The notes under the pieces were generated by a model. The model saw only the letters and a program-made list of their open reading frames with translations. It was not told where the DNA came from and did no database searches. The position numbers and the translations under genes were made by a program. A stretch of DNA of 61,191 nucleotides, the filler included, from Sphacelaria rigidula (Eukaryota), in NCBI GenBank assembly GCA_964200075.2. It is 6 parts of 6 records of this genome, joined end to end, with 100 filler letters (N's around TTAATTAATTAA, not from the genome) between each part and the next. Parts side by side here need not be neighbours in the genome. Positions count along the whole stretch, not along the records: positions 40,865 to 50,978 come from CAXNAA020007107.1; positions 51,079 to 61,191 come from CAXNAA020007108.1; 4 more parts are not named here. The stretch is one strand, 5' to 3'. Within the stretch, counting starts at the first letter, position 1. Each line of letters opens with the position of its first letter. Of the stretch, positions 49,693-61,191 are shown one piece after another.

Positions 49693-50470
49693 ATGTCTGA
49701 CCAGTACCAACATATTGATCATTCTACTACGTTGCAGAACCGTCTCCTACAGCTCATCGACACCGATACAACCGATGTGACTTTCGTCGTTGGGCTAGGT
49801 GACGACTCGTCGAACAGCAACGACACCCGGCAGTGTCATGTCGCCAAGGCGATGGAGCGGGGGAGGGATGGTCATACAAGCATCACAACTGGCAGAGTAC
49901 CGGAACTAGCCGGGTCAAGTTTAGATGAAGGATTGGATGCTACGGTGATGCCTGGTGAAAGCGTGGCTGGTGAAACAAGCAACAGGAGGACTGGAACACA
50001 AATGATACGTTCCAACAAAAAATGTTCCGAAATTCAAGTTGACGACACTCATGACGGCAACAGTCGAGAGCGGACGCGGCCGGAAGGACAGATAACAACG
50101 GAGCGGACAATAACAGGAGATTATAATGTTATGCAGCAAAGAGAGCCAGACTTTGCAGTAGGAAGCACAGAACAAATGATACCAGCGGAGAGCTCCCCAC
50201 GCGTCGGCGGCGGCCAGTTAGTAGGCTATGCGGACCGACAACCTGGCAATCCTCGCGACGAGAGGCGCAACGCGAGCGGTGCGGGGGAACTGCGAGAATT
50301 TCGGTGTCACCGGGTTATGTTTGCCGCATGCTCAGAGTATTTCAGGGCAATGTTATACGGCGGCATGATTGAAGAAAAGACAAGGCGAGTGGAGCTGGGT
50401 GGTGTGCGTCCTGAGAGCTTCGAGGCTATCCTGAAGTACGTCTACACCGGGCGGGTGCTGGTCAACGCTG
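49693..50470 (+). CDS. First coding exon of a BTB/POZ-domain protein (BTBD9/kelch-like type); remainder beyond the contig end
   Basis: TDVTFVVG ... EFRCHRVMFAACSEYFRAMLYGGMIEEKTRRVELGGVRPESFEAILKYVYTGRV, followed by donor G|gtacgt. Confidence 0.85.
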
Positions 50471-51078
50471 GTACGTACGTATACAGTATTTCGCGGACCA
50501 AAGTACGCAGCGAGTACCCGCTGTTCCTGCCTGTTCCAGGTTCTCGGGGCTTGACGACTAGGGCATATACAGTACTGTCTGTATCCTTTTATCCTAACCG
50601 TTTCTATCCTGCACGCCAATTTTGCGAGAGTACACATGGGCTATTAAGGGCATGCAGAACGGTACACTATATATCCAGCGATACCAATTGTAGGCGTCTA
50701 CCTACTAATCCCACTAATGATATTTGCCGACGAGGACACTCCTATAAACGCAAACAAGACCTTTTCAGCGGGACGTTCCCGATGCGAAACTTGAACGGAC
50801 CGTTTCCATCAACCTCAGTCGTGCCGGTGCGGTCTGAGAAACAGGCTTATGTCATTTCGAGGTCTAGAACTTACCCATGCAGGTTCAAGTGTGCCAAGCC
50901 AATGTTTATACGAGCTGGGCCAGCCTAAAAACGGATTTAAGCTCCAAAAGCAATATCTCATCGACACAGACGAGTTGGNNNNNNNNNNNNNNNNNNNNNN
51001 NNNNNNNNNNNNNNNNNNNNNNTTAATTAATTAANNNNNNNNNNNNNNNNNNNNNNNNNNNNNNNNNNNNNNNNNNNN

Positions 51079-51364
51079 GGGACGGATCACGCGGGGTTTC
51101 CACTGGACCAGGCGCGCACTCAATCACCAAGCGCGAAGCGCCGTGGTGTGTTCGGCGAGTCGCGTAAAGGATGAGCTGCATCCTACTAAGATTGTTCGGC
51201 CCGAAACCTACTAATTATCTTGCATTTGGATGACAACCTACAAGGAGTCGCTTCATTTTCTGGTATCGCCACTTCCAGAGACAGCCACGGCTTACACACT
51301 GCCTCATGGATGCCTAACCAGCCTGGGGGGTCCACTTAAAGTGCGACAATCAATCAATCAATCA
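51079..51364 (+). mobile_element. 3' part of the SINE-like repeat family ending in (CAAT)4
   Basis: Aligns with 41110-41330 (-); terminates in GTGCGA-CAATCAATCAATCAATCAA. Confidence 0.65.
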
Positions 51365-51555
51365 AAACTGTGCCGTTACGTATAACTCGATTTCGGGGAA
51401 GGGATCTGAGAATCCTCTTCAATGAATTATTTCAGGTAGCCCATAAGCTGTCCAACGTGTGTCGTATTCCACCGTACCCAGAACAATATGCACGCAAAGA
51501 TGGCCGCTGCCCACATTACTGTCTGCCGTGGATAGCGACGGCACACAGCTTGTGC

Positions 51556-51601
<46 letters not shown>

Positions 51602-52266
51602 CCTTATTAAGCCGTTGATGAAAAAACGAACTGCACGGTCCATTTTGTGTCTTACACGCACGCAGTATAGTTGTACCGCTGCAGTAGTACAGTATAGCAC
51701 AGGTAAAGACAGTCCAATGCGGTAGAGTTGAAAGAATGCGAAACGCAGGGCAGCATCAAAGCGTGCTCGACGTGTGCTAGCACCGCCCCGAAAATACCAA
51801 CATCGCAGAAGCGTAGGCGAAAAGTATCTTCTTTGGGGATATCGGAGCAGCAGTAGAAGCGAGCTCGCACCGCTTGTGGTGCATGGGCCTAATGACATGG
51901 CCAAGCACCGTAAATTTAACCTAGACTTGACCCTCTACACTGGTCCGGGTTCCCATCCACTATTTTCTCTATGGGTCCACCACATCCACGTATTCATGCA
52001 AAAAGGCGTCATGTCTTTCGATCAAAGCAACCGTTGCGAACCCGTCATGTGCCATAGACGATCTGAGGCGATCTGAAGGGGGGCAATCGCAATCCAAGGA
52101 TGAAGTTTTTCGTCCGCCATGTACTGAAACGTTCGAGTACGAAGATACCATAGTCCGGGTTTCGGGAGGGAAAGCGCATGAATTCGATACTGCCCGCCTG
52201 AACATACAACACGCCCGTGAACGAACGGATTCCCGACGAGGGTGCCATCGAGATATAAAGCTTCAC

Positions 52267-54336
52267 CTGCACTAAACCGCCACCCTTCTCCTCCTCGGCA
52301 TGAAGATCACCTGAAGTCTCCCCCGTTTCTGCCTCGTTATCGCTATCACTGCCGGCTAACGCATCCCAGTCTTCCTCCGCTTCATGTTGCTCCTCGCTAG
52401 CGCCACCCGATTCCCCCGCCCACCCGACCGCTCGTTTTGTCTCGGTCAGCTTTCCGCGGGGAGGGCCACCCACGGCCCGCGGGTGACATCCGTAGCCCAG
52501 ATCATATTCCTTCGTATATATTTGGAGAGAAGCAACGGTGTTTTTTTTCAGTCGAGAAAAACGTAGTAGGGAGGGGGAAGGGAGAGGGGTGAACATCCTA
52601 CGTTGTATGGGAAGAGCTAACCACGGCCAACAAGTGCAACAGAGTGATGACGCGCCCCTAGCCCCCCCCCCCTCCCAAACCAGCCCAAAACTGCCACGAA
52701 GAAAAGGGTCACACAGCGCGTTTCGGACTGCACGGAGCGCGTCAAATGAGCGAAATTCGCGACAATGATGCCAAGCTTGGGAGTTCCCACCTGCTCCATT
52801 TGCTCGGCTTCTGATACTTATATTCGTGTGTAGACTTTGGCTTCTCAAGCCAGCTACTTTACTGGGGGGGGGGGGGGGGGGGGACTCTTTTTTTTCTTTC
52901 TTTTGTCTTTTTGCCCGTGCCCCCACATCCCTTTCGAGACGGAGCTACTTTACTGGGGCGGGGGCTATCGCGGCATTACTTAACCGTCATCTGAACCCTC
53001 TTCCTTATCCAGGTCTTGAGAAATATGCCTACTTTTTCTTCTGGCCGATTGAATTGACAAAAAATTAGTAGTAGGGAATGAGGAGTGAGGCAACGGCGAC
53101 ATGACGCATCATATACCCACCATGGCGTTATCTCATGTAAGCTCTTGATTTGATGGGGGGAAGTAACAGCATAATGGCGTGCCACGCTCCCGGTTCGTTC
53201 ACCGACACCCGAAGAGATCATGAATGTGGCATCTAGCAATATAGCGAGCGTCTGGTACACCACGAAACTGATTTGTGCTGGTATCACCGCACAAGTTTAC
53301 CGTTGGAACCGATAAATCGGGGCAAGGTGGTATCGCCGCAACAAGGTATGGTTCAACGGAAACGATCTCTCACCTGCAATACTTCCGACACCAGAGTGCC
53401 ACACGGGACTCGGAGGTAAACGTCCTTGCCTCTTCTCCCCTTTTTACCGGCCCCTGACAACACGAACGAAAACCAAAACAAACATGGGGACATACGGAGG
53501 TCACTCAGAGTTTATTGGAAGATCAGATTGGCGAGCCCAAAAGCAACAGATCAAAACGCACGAAGTGGACTTCATTGCAAAAAATAACCATTGATGATTG
53601 TTGCCCCAGAGCGTGGCGCGAATCCATGTTTACACACACTTCGTGTCGTAAGCCACCTACAATAGTAACTCCCTCAAGATGAAAATACTAAACTGAGGCG
53701 GACACACGTAGTGCCAGCCGACCCTGGGCGCTCCATACTACCCCATGCTCCTGCGAGTGCAACGACCACAACATACCGCTGCAGAATACCGTGGTTAACG
53801 GGGTGACGTGTCATACGCGGGTAGCCATCGTTTCCAACCCAGCCGTCTGGTCTGCTGTCGTGTTGAAGCGATCTCTTGCACACTTCTTGCCTATTTGAGT
53901 GAGGAAAGTTTGTCTGCAACAGCAACAGGGTGATACTACGATAGCCCCCCGCAGAGAAGTGGTTGGTTTGAGCAGGCAAGATCTACATGCAAACAAACTG
54001 GCAAAAGCCGAGCACCCTGAGCAGCTGGGAACTCCCACGCTTGGAATTGTTCTAGCCGATGTCGAACATATGAGGCGCTTGGTGCAGTCTGAAACTAGCT
54101 ACCATGCGCTGTGTGGCCACTTTCGTCGTGATGGTTTCGGGGCTGGTTTTTTGGGGGGGGGACTATCGCGGCCTCACTGAACACGTTGTACCCACCTCCT
54201 CCCGGCGCTCCAGGCCCTCCGTTAAAATGATGCTCTGAAGAATGCAACGACTCCAACGACCTGTCTGCAATCGCCAAGACACGCCCGCCCGCCCCGCCGG
54301 AGCCGCCAGACGGACGCTTCCTCGTCGGACTTTCCC
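52267..54336 (-). CDS. Partial Obg/CgtA-family GTPase gene (organellar, MTG2/ObgC-like): glycine-rich Obg fold plus acidic insert. Exons 54336-54196, 53453-53374, 52509-52267
   Basis: RKRPSGGSGGAGGRVLAIADRSLESLHSSEHHFNGGPGAPGG|GAGKKGRRGKDVYLRVPCGTLVSEV matches GGPdGGdGG.GG.V...L..L....F....G..G......G..G.D....VP.GT.V. Splice phases 1-1-0 are consistent; G domain not seen in this contig. Confidence 0.8.
52659..52970 (+). mobile_element. Degenerate copy of the 6803-7050 MITE family in an Obg intron
   Basis: TAGCCCC...CCCAAACCAGCCCAAAA...GGGAGTTCCCA...GGGGCTATCG. Confidence 0.6.
53936..54168 (-). mobile_element. Inverted copy of the 6803-7050 MITE family in an Obg intron
   Basis: CTACGATAGCCCCCC...GCTGGGAACTCCCACGCTTG...ATATGAGGCGCTT...GCTGGTTTTTTGGGGGGGGGACTATCG; internal part is the reverse complement of 6830-6990. 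Confidence 0.7.
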
Positions 54337-54691
54337 CTGCAATCACGGAGCGTGGGTGGAGAATCAGCCATTACTGCAAGCACCGTTCAGGTAAGTTGCT
54401 GAACATGTATGGCATCAGCGTCATTGCTACTTCCATGTCTGCAAGCTCCAAACGAACCGGCCTCCCAGCAAAACCAAATCGGTTCACTGTTCCGGGTGAA
54501 AGGGGAGTGGACTGCCATACCTTCAACCACTCTCGTTCGTCGGGACAAGTCCGCACGTAGTCTCAAGGAAACGACCTATTTCTCCCCAGCTACTACTTGC
54601 CCTGCAATTCATCATCGGGTACTACACCAGCACTTCCGCACTCTGCTAGATTCACCGAATTATTTTGCTTACTCAGGTTCTCACGCTATCC

Positions 54692-54770
54692 ACTGTCGGG
54701 ATTCGAACCCACTATATCTACTCCGCCAAAACAGGCCGACGATGTACCAGCTTGTCCACCGGGGGCCGGC
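54692..54770 (-). mobile_element. tRNA-derived SINE head or tRNA pseudogene
   Basis: A box TGGACAAGCTGG (54758-54747) and B box GGTTCGAATCCC (54709-54698); acceptor stem does not close. Confidence 0.6.
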
Positions 54771-55065
54771 GGTCACACACCACTTAGTAGCTGTGTATCT
54801 CACCTACTGCAATGTGATGCTTGTTCAGTCTATTACTGCTTGCAACACCTCAACAAGTACTTCATGCGATAATGGCAGTATTAGTGCGCCTCGCGTGGTT
54901 TTAGTATCACCCGTCGCTGGTGATGCAGGGGGGGGCGGGGGGGGGGGGGGGGGCGGCCCCGCGCAACCCTCCCCCTTTGGCGTGGTGAGGGAGATGTTTT
55001 TGCGTGTGTTTTCTGTTTTTGGGGNNNNNNNNNGTGGTGTGGGGGGGTGGGGGGGGGGGGGGGGG

Positions 55066-55111
<46 letters not shown>

Positions 55112-56178
55112 TCTCTGCAAACTCCTCCAATTCGTCTTGATACGGCAAATTATTCCGCGATGTGTTCCTGTTTTACGGGCGGAAGCTACTGCACTGGCAT
55201 GTGCACGACTGTAAGTTCTTACGATCTGCGAGACAATGAAAACACTGAAAGTAAGTATGCACTTCATATGCCATGACAAAATCAGGATATCCCTCGATTC
55301 AAGGGTTTTCATTGGGGCGCTTGGGATATTAATTCACTCTTGTGTCGCTGCGCTGAGTAGGATGTCTCGGTTTCTTGTGCTCACGCATCATACCACAGAA
55401 ATTTGATGTGTTCGTGATGCGTGGTGCAGGAGTGCATGGTTCATCATCGCACCTCCCGGTATGCGTGTTACTTGTATTATACCAGCTCTACAGCGGAGAC
55501 TACGCTGTATGGCGAACAGAGGGAGTAGATGATGGTCAAGTTGACACATCACTTGTCTTTGTTCTATTGTGCAGCCCCTGTGAGATCATGACTTGACTTC
55601 TTGAGCGCCATGCCCCCTTTCGGAATAGTATCTCAGGCTGACCTTCAACATCGGCAACTCGGGCACTCAAGCTGAGGAGCTCCACTCCGTTTGCCAGGAC
55701 CATCCCCACTGATAACGCACCGTGTATTCCATGGTCTATAAATCCCTGACTCGTGTATATCATTCACATGAAGCAGTTGCTTTTCACGTATTGCCGGTGT
55801 TCCACTTATGATCCAACCGAGGGGAGATGGTGCTCGATATGGTGAAAGTGCGACCCATATTTTGTTCGAATGCTGTACTCCCAGTTTCGGAGGCGACAAC
55901 AAAAAGAATCAGACAGAAAACATCTGTGCTCGGAAGTCCTTGAGGAGAGCTGCCGTCTGCTCTCTGTGGCCGACCACATACAACTATGAAAAGTTGCCTC
56001 AAAATTGTTTGGGCTTCTGCCGCTACACCGTAGTTCCGTGCCATACTGTATGTGGAGGGTAGTATGCTAGTTGATGCCCTATCATGGTGACTTGACCTGA
56101 AGAATCAGACCGAGCGTTGTTATGCATCAGGACGGTGAACAACGGCGTTCGAAAGACGAATGACACGCCAACGTGGAA

Positions 56179-56335
56179 GAGAGCCCATGAGTACGTCTCC
56201 GGTCCAGATAAACTCTACCCCGTCCTATTGAGAGAGCCCATGAGTACGTCTCCGGTGCAGATCAACCCTACCCGTACTGTTAAGAGAGCCTACGAATGCG
56301 TCTTCGGTCCCGATCAACTATATTCGTGCCACTGC
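56179..56335 (+). repeat. Three degenerate ~53-bp tandem repeats
   Basis: GAGAGCCCATGAGTACGTCTCCGGT... at 56179 and ~56233, diverged copy at ~56284. Confidence 0.8.
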
Positions 56336-57344
56336 AGTGCGGCGTTGACACAGCCGTATCTAGGTGAATCTAGCAAACTCATTCTTCCAAGTCAGTGCTG
56401 CCAATGCATGGATGGGTGCGCGCAAATCCTCACTGACGCCATATGCCTTGCCCATTGAGTAAATACTGGTCCGGGCACAACAGCAAATGCCAAAGAGATG
56501 ACGTACGCTCACGCGAATTGGTCGGGAAAATCCATGGTCCAGCATACTTTGCTCTTGATCAGACCCTAACGATGGCTAACCCTAACCCCAAGCTCAATCC
56601 AAGGCACACCAAGAACCGTCGGGGGCAACGGCGGTGTCTTACTGCGTGTGCTCTAAGCAAAGTGTGCGTCGGTAAAGCTTAAATTGGCGCCAATTTTACC
56701 CTTCTTGAGCCCAATTGTGCAGGAGTACAGTCAAGAGTACGATACAGAACCATACATTTTATACGGGTGGGTGGAGACCATCATGAGGGATGACCGTGCC
56801 ATCTGCGGCATGCCCCAAGGGTCCACAAGCCGCAGACCACGGGCGCGCCGCTGTAAGAATCTCCGCAGCAGATCACTCCCCAAAACTCCAAACCCTGTAC
56901 TCAACCATGGACACAGACCACTACACTTGCCATGTTCTTTTTCTTTGTAAGAGCACTTCTGTCTGACTTGGCGCCCGAGGGTCATGAAAGGCCAATAACG
57001 CATAGAATTGACATACTCCAAATGTCCCCGGGACTGTCAGGCCATGTCCTCGGAACAGACACCCTTCGGCGCTACAAGGGTTGGGCAAAAGTGCGTCTTG
57101 CGCACGTTGGCGAGTACCTGGGACTATCGGCTGCTCAAAAACTCGACTGCGATAGTCTTGATTGAAACCCAGTTGTTTTCAACTGTGAAGTTTGGCGACC
57201 AACTATTAGGCCGCTTCCACTCTTCAAACAAAAAAGTCTCTGGGAACTGACGGCTTTTCTCGAAGAGATTTGGAAAAATCTCGCCGTCTGGAAACGGCTT
57301 TCAGTTTCCCGAGAGTTTTTTTAAAATGAAAAATGGCCCTATAA

Positions 57345-58370
57345 GGCTACTTCTCATGTATAAAAAAACATGTATCAGAAAATGCGTTTTCTGATAAATG
57401 ACCAAAAACCCACTTATTATGTGATCAGAAAACGCGTTTTCTGATGGAATTTCTTTTGGTAACATTTTCCGATAGCTCGAATTTATCAGAAAATGGTGAT
57501 TTTCTGATAAATTCGAGCTATCGGAAAATGTTATTGAAAAAGCGTTTGAACCTCGTTTGAACACGTTTGAACACACACTACAGCCCACGACAGCACCTGT
57601 AATGGCTCGCTTACCATCACTACTAATTATGTCGCCGGTGCTCGCGGGCAATCAGCGTGTTGCGTCGTTGTCCTTTGCTCGCCAGTAGCGTGGTGGCCCT
57701 TTGCCCCATGAGAACAGCAGAGGGCAGGGTCGATGACGACTGCTGTACAGACAGGACAGTCTATGCTGTACGTCGTTCGTACAAAATTGTAGCTCAGTTC
57801 AGGTCTGTGCACGCAGCGTGTCGTCAACAACAGCCGTCGCAATGCTTTACAGACTGCCCACGCAAATAAGCCTTGCAGAGACAGGACCGGACTGACAGTA
57901 CACACAAGACTATGAACAGTGCTACTGTTGTAGTGCTACAGCCGATGCATGCAATACAGCACTGTTGTGTGTACCATTGTGTGTGCTGTCTTTTCGGTCA
58001 AGTACTACCGTGCAGTGAAAAAGCACAACTGTCACTTCTACAGTCAGTTGGCACAGCAAGGCGGTGTTGTTATTAATGGTCTTGCGTCACGCAGCCCACC
58101 ATGTATTGTTCAGGCAATGTATCACAGTAATACAGATAGTCAGTGCGGACCGTACACCACGACAGGACAGCAGAGTGCTGCGTCTCTCTCGCGCGCCCCA
58201 GAATTTGAAATAATTCCTGCACACCTGATAGAAAACGATGAACACTGCGTTTTCAATGTTGATAGTGCGTCGATCACGTAAGAAGAGCTACTTTGAATAT
58301 TTATGTTGGAAAACGTGTTGTTGAAAAAAGGCCTTTCTGACAACGTGTTTTTTTATACATAAGAAGTAGC
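57345..58370. mobile_element. ~1-kb non-autonomous TIR element, copy 1
   Basis: GCTACTTCTCATGTATAAAAAAACATGT...TCAGAAA and TTTCTGACAACGTGTTTTTTATACATAAGAAGTAGC are inverted ends; no coding signal. Confidence 0.65.
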
Positions 58371-58579
58371 CCAAGGTCGCGTTCTGAAAAAGTATCTGAA
58401 AACTACCCAAAACAACTTTTCTCAGTGATTTATTTCAGCCTGTCAAAAGCGGCGTTAGGCGGTGCCTTCACACATCGTTTTTCGATCGAAAAAGTGCGAT
58501 GGAAAACAAAAATCCTGATCTGATCGGTCGTGATTCAACCATCTTCAAAATAAACGACGGTGGTTGAAATTACCAAGGG

Positions 58580-58915
58580 TCTACACGTTACACGTTACAC
58601 GTTCACGTCCACGTTACGTTCATCACGTAAAAAGTATTTAGCGTTCACGTTACGTCACGTATGTCATGTTAAATAAATTTGAACGTTACGTTCATCACGT
58701 AAAAAAAATAACGTTACGTTTTGTCACATGTAACGCAATATGAAACGTTTCAATGTCACGTGTAACGTCTAATATAACGTTACACTGAAACGTGTAACGT
58801 TCGAGTGTAACGTTTCAATCTGTGCATGTCGCGGTTTATTCACCAGTGTTTGAGACGTTGTAATGTGCCGTTTAACGCCTGATGTTAACGTGTACGTGAC
58901 GTTGACGGTGACTCG
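58580..58915. repeat. ACGT/AACGTT-dense low-complexity block
   Basis: CACGTTA / TAACGT / AACGTT motifs repeated throughout. Confidence 0.8.
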
Positions 58916-58919
58916 TCGA

Positions 58920-60400
58920 CTACTTCTCATGTTTTTGTAGAAAACTCTATAAAAAAACGCGTTTTCTGATAACCCACTTCCTATGTGGTTAGAACACGCA
59001 TTTGAAATCCCGCCGCACGCCAACACACCCTCCAGCCCACGACAGCAGCCATGGGTGGCTTGGCTGCCATCACCACTGCTGTCGCTGGTGCTCGCGGGTA
59101 GTCAGCGTGTTGCTTCATTTTCCTTCGCTCGCCAGTATCATGGTGGCTCTTTCCCCCATGAGAACAGCACAGGGCAGGGTCGATGACGAGTGCTGCACAA
59201 ACATTCTGTATGTAGTTTGCACAGACAGTATTGTGGCTCGCATTTCAGGTCTGTGTATGCAGCGTGATGCGAACAGCACTCGCGATGCAGTACAGACTGC
59301 CCACGCACCCAAGACTTGTAGAGACAGGACCGCACTGACCGTACACATGAGACCACAGTATAAGCAGTAGTGCCACTGCTGTAGTATCTACAGGGCTTGG
59401 GACCCTGGGCAGTCTGTACTGTATTCGAGTGCTGTTGGCAACACGCTGCATGCAACCATGAACTGTACTACTACATTGCTGCGCAACCAACCTACATACA
59501 GAGTGTCTGACAGCACTCGTCATGGACCCTGCTCTGTTTTGTTCTCATGGGGGTAAGGGGTAAGGACCATCACGCTACTGGCGAGCGAAGGACAAAAGAG
59601 CAAAACGCTGACTGCCCGCGAGCACCAGCGACAGCAGTGATGATGGCAGCCAAGCCATCACTACAAACAAGGTTTTTGTGAGATTGAGAGTAGAGGATAT
59701 GATTGAGAGTGAAAAGTGGTCAATGAGTGAATCACCCTTTTTCAGTTCCGAAATGCCCCTCCACGAGGCCCAATATGCTTCCTGAAGTAGCTTGCCAATG
59801 AGGCCCTTGATATCCTTGAGTAGGGTATTGACGTGTAGCTTTAAGCACACGTCAGTGATGAAGGGGATCGAAAGTGCACACGGAATAAGAAATTGGCCAA
59901 GTTAAAGCGAATGAATGAAGCCACTCGAAATCAGCGCTATACTCTCCATCTCACGAAAAAGTTTACAGCCAGCGCATACAATACAGTACTGTTGTGTGTA
60001 CTCTTGTCCGTGCTTTCCTTTCAGTCAAGTACTACCGTGCAGTGAAAAGCACGACCGTCACTTCTACCGTCAGTTATAAGTACAGCAAGGCGATGTTCGT
60101 ACTGATCGTCTTCCGTCACGTAGCCCACCATGTATTGCTCGGGCGATGTACCACAACAGTAGTACAGACAGTCAGTACGGACCGTACACCGCGACACGCC
60201 AGCAGAGTGCTGCGTCTATCTCGCGCCCCCCAAAATTTGAAATTATGCCTGCACACCTCATAGGAAACGATGAGCACTGCGTTTCCAATTTTGACAGCGT
60301 CGATTACGTGAGGAAGGCTACTTTAAAAACTATGTGGAAAATCGCGCTGTTGAGAAACGGCTTTTCTGACAACGTGTTTTTCATACATGAGGCCGCTTCT
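58920..60400. mobile_element. Copy 2 of the 57345-58370 element, interrupted by an inverted partial copy (59387-59657) and an unrelated insert (~59665-59960)
   Basis: 58920-59380 aligns with 57346-57935; 59970-60390 aligns with 57945-58365. Confidence 0.7.
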
Positions 60401-61191
60401 TATAGACTGAAAATAGTCTCTGAGAAAAGTCGTTTTGGACAAGTTTTCTCAGAGACTTTCTCGGGAGAAATCAGTTTTCAGAACCCCACCTCGTAGTCTG
60501 CGAAAAAATCCTGGGGATTTGTACACCCGAGGCCATCATCTAGCCTGCGTTTTGTGCTTGTGCCACCTGCGGCGAGCCTGTGGTAAACCAACACGTAAAT
60601 AATCTCATCAAGGTACAGCATGGATGGGATGGCAACACACACGCACACACTCACACACACAAACACACAAATACACACACGCACATGCACACGCACAGTA
60701 GCTACTGGTGTAGTAGGGATCGAAATGATGGGCGTACAAACCCTCACTTCAGCCGATCGCCGTTTGGTACAGTAGTCGTGTCGCAAGCGGCGCAATGTGT
60801 GCAGCAGACGGTTTGTGCCGTACCGCACGCAAGAAAATCACGTGACAGTCAGTAGTGCGGTAGCAACCGTTTGAGTACGCAGAATACTACAGACTCCGCG
60901 ATCAGTGGCGGGCACGACGAGCATGAAACAATACGAGCATAGTCAACGCAGCCAGCAGGGGTGACATCGTGCTATTTTACGGTAGTAACACTTCCAAAAA
61001 AAATCACTGCACCGTCTGTACTGTCTATCCCTGGTTCTACGGTCATGAAAAGGATGCACGGAGTGCTGCAGCAGTTACGCTGTTGGCACTGTACTGTACA
61101 TACAATATGGGCGACTACTTTTGAGTCATCCTACGATAGGGGGGGGGGTATTTTGGGTCATTTGTTGCTCGAAATTCCGAGTTAGATCGTC

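Noticed and set aside
53811..54373. In-frame TGA (53811) and TAA (54371) suggesting selenocysteine or readthrough in the Obg gene
   Set aside because: Both fall in introns once the GT-AG sites are applied; the Obg exons join without stops.
54925..55110. Poly-Pro/poly-Gly ORFs (formin-like)
   Set aside because: Long G homopolymers around an N gap; likely a sequencing or assembly artefact.
56179..56335. CRISPR-like repeats
   Set aside because: Whole units are homologous with no unique spacers; eukaryotic context and no cas genes.
56684..56950. GMPQGS resembling the LINE RT G.PQGS motif
   Set aside because: No LSP.LF, YADD or other RT motifs in any frame nearby.

Overview
Eukaryotic, intron-rich, TE-rich DNA. 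Gene structure, PMP-like genes and repeat style suggest a brown alga (Phaeophyceae, Ectocarpus-like); this is an inference. The window is not a contiguous locus. It is six contigs of 10117, 10116, 10116, 10115, 10114 and 10113 bp joined by 100-bp N-TTAATTAATTAA-N spacers, apparently sorted by size, so synteny across the gaps should not be trusted. Contig 1 (1-10117): decayed intron-containing pogo/Tc5 transposase, MITEs and decayed coding remnants. Contig 2 (10218-20333): 8 exons of a Chlamydia-PMP-like (GGA/FxxN) beta-helix protein built from a duplicated exon cassette with a 42-bp S/T repeat, ending in a 28S rDNA fragment. Contig 3 (20434-30549): degenerate Ty3/Gypsy pol (-) back-to-back with a degenerate Ty1/Copia (+). 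Contig 4 (30650-40764): myotubularin gene (-, HCSDGWDRT). Contig 5 (40865-50978): a hammerhead-like motif and a 2-exon coiled-coil gene head-to-head with a BTB/POZ gene. Contig 6 (51079-61191): partial Obg-family GTPase gene (-), a tRNA-derived SINE head and a tandem/inverted non-autonomous element complex. I found no clear-cut novel multi-gene system. The best leads are the modular PMP-like cassette, hairpin piggyBac-like MITEs with a shared core, duplicated splice acceptors in a myotubularin intron, the spliced transposase and the hammerhead-like motif.
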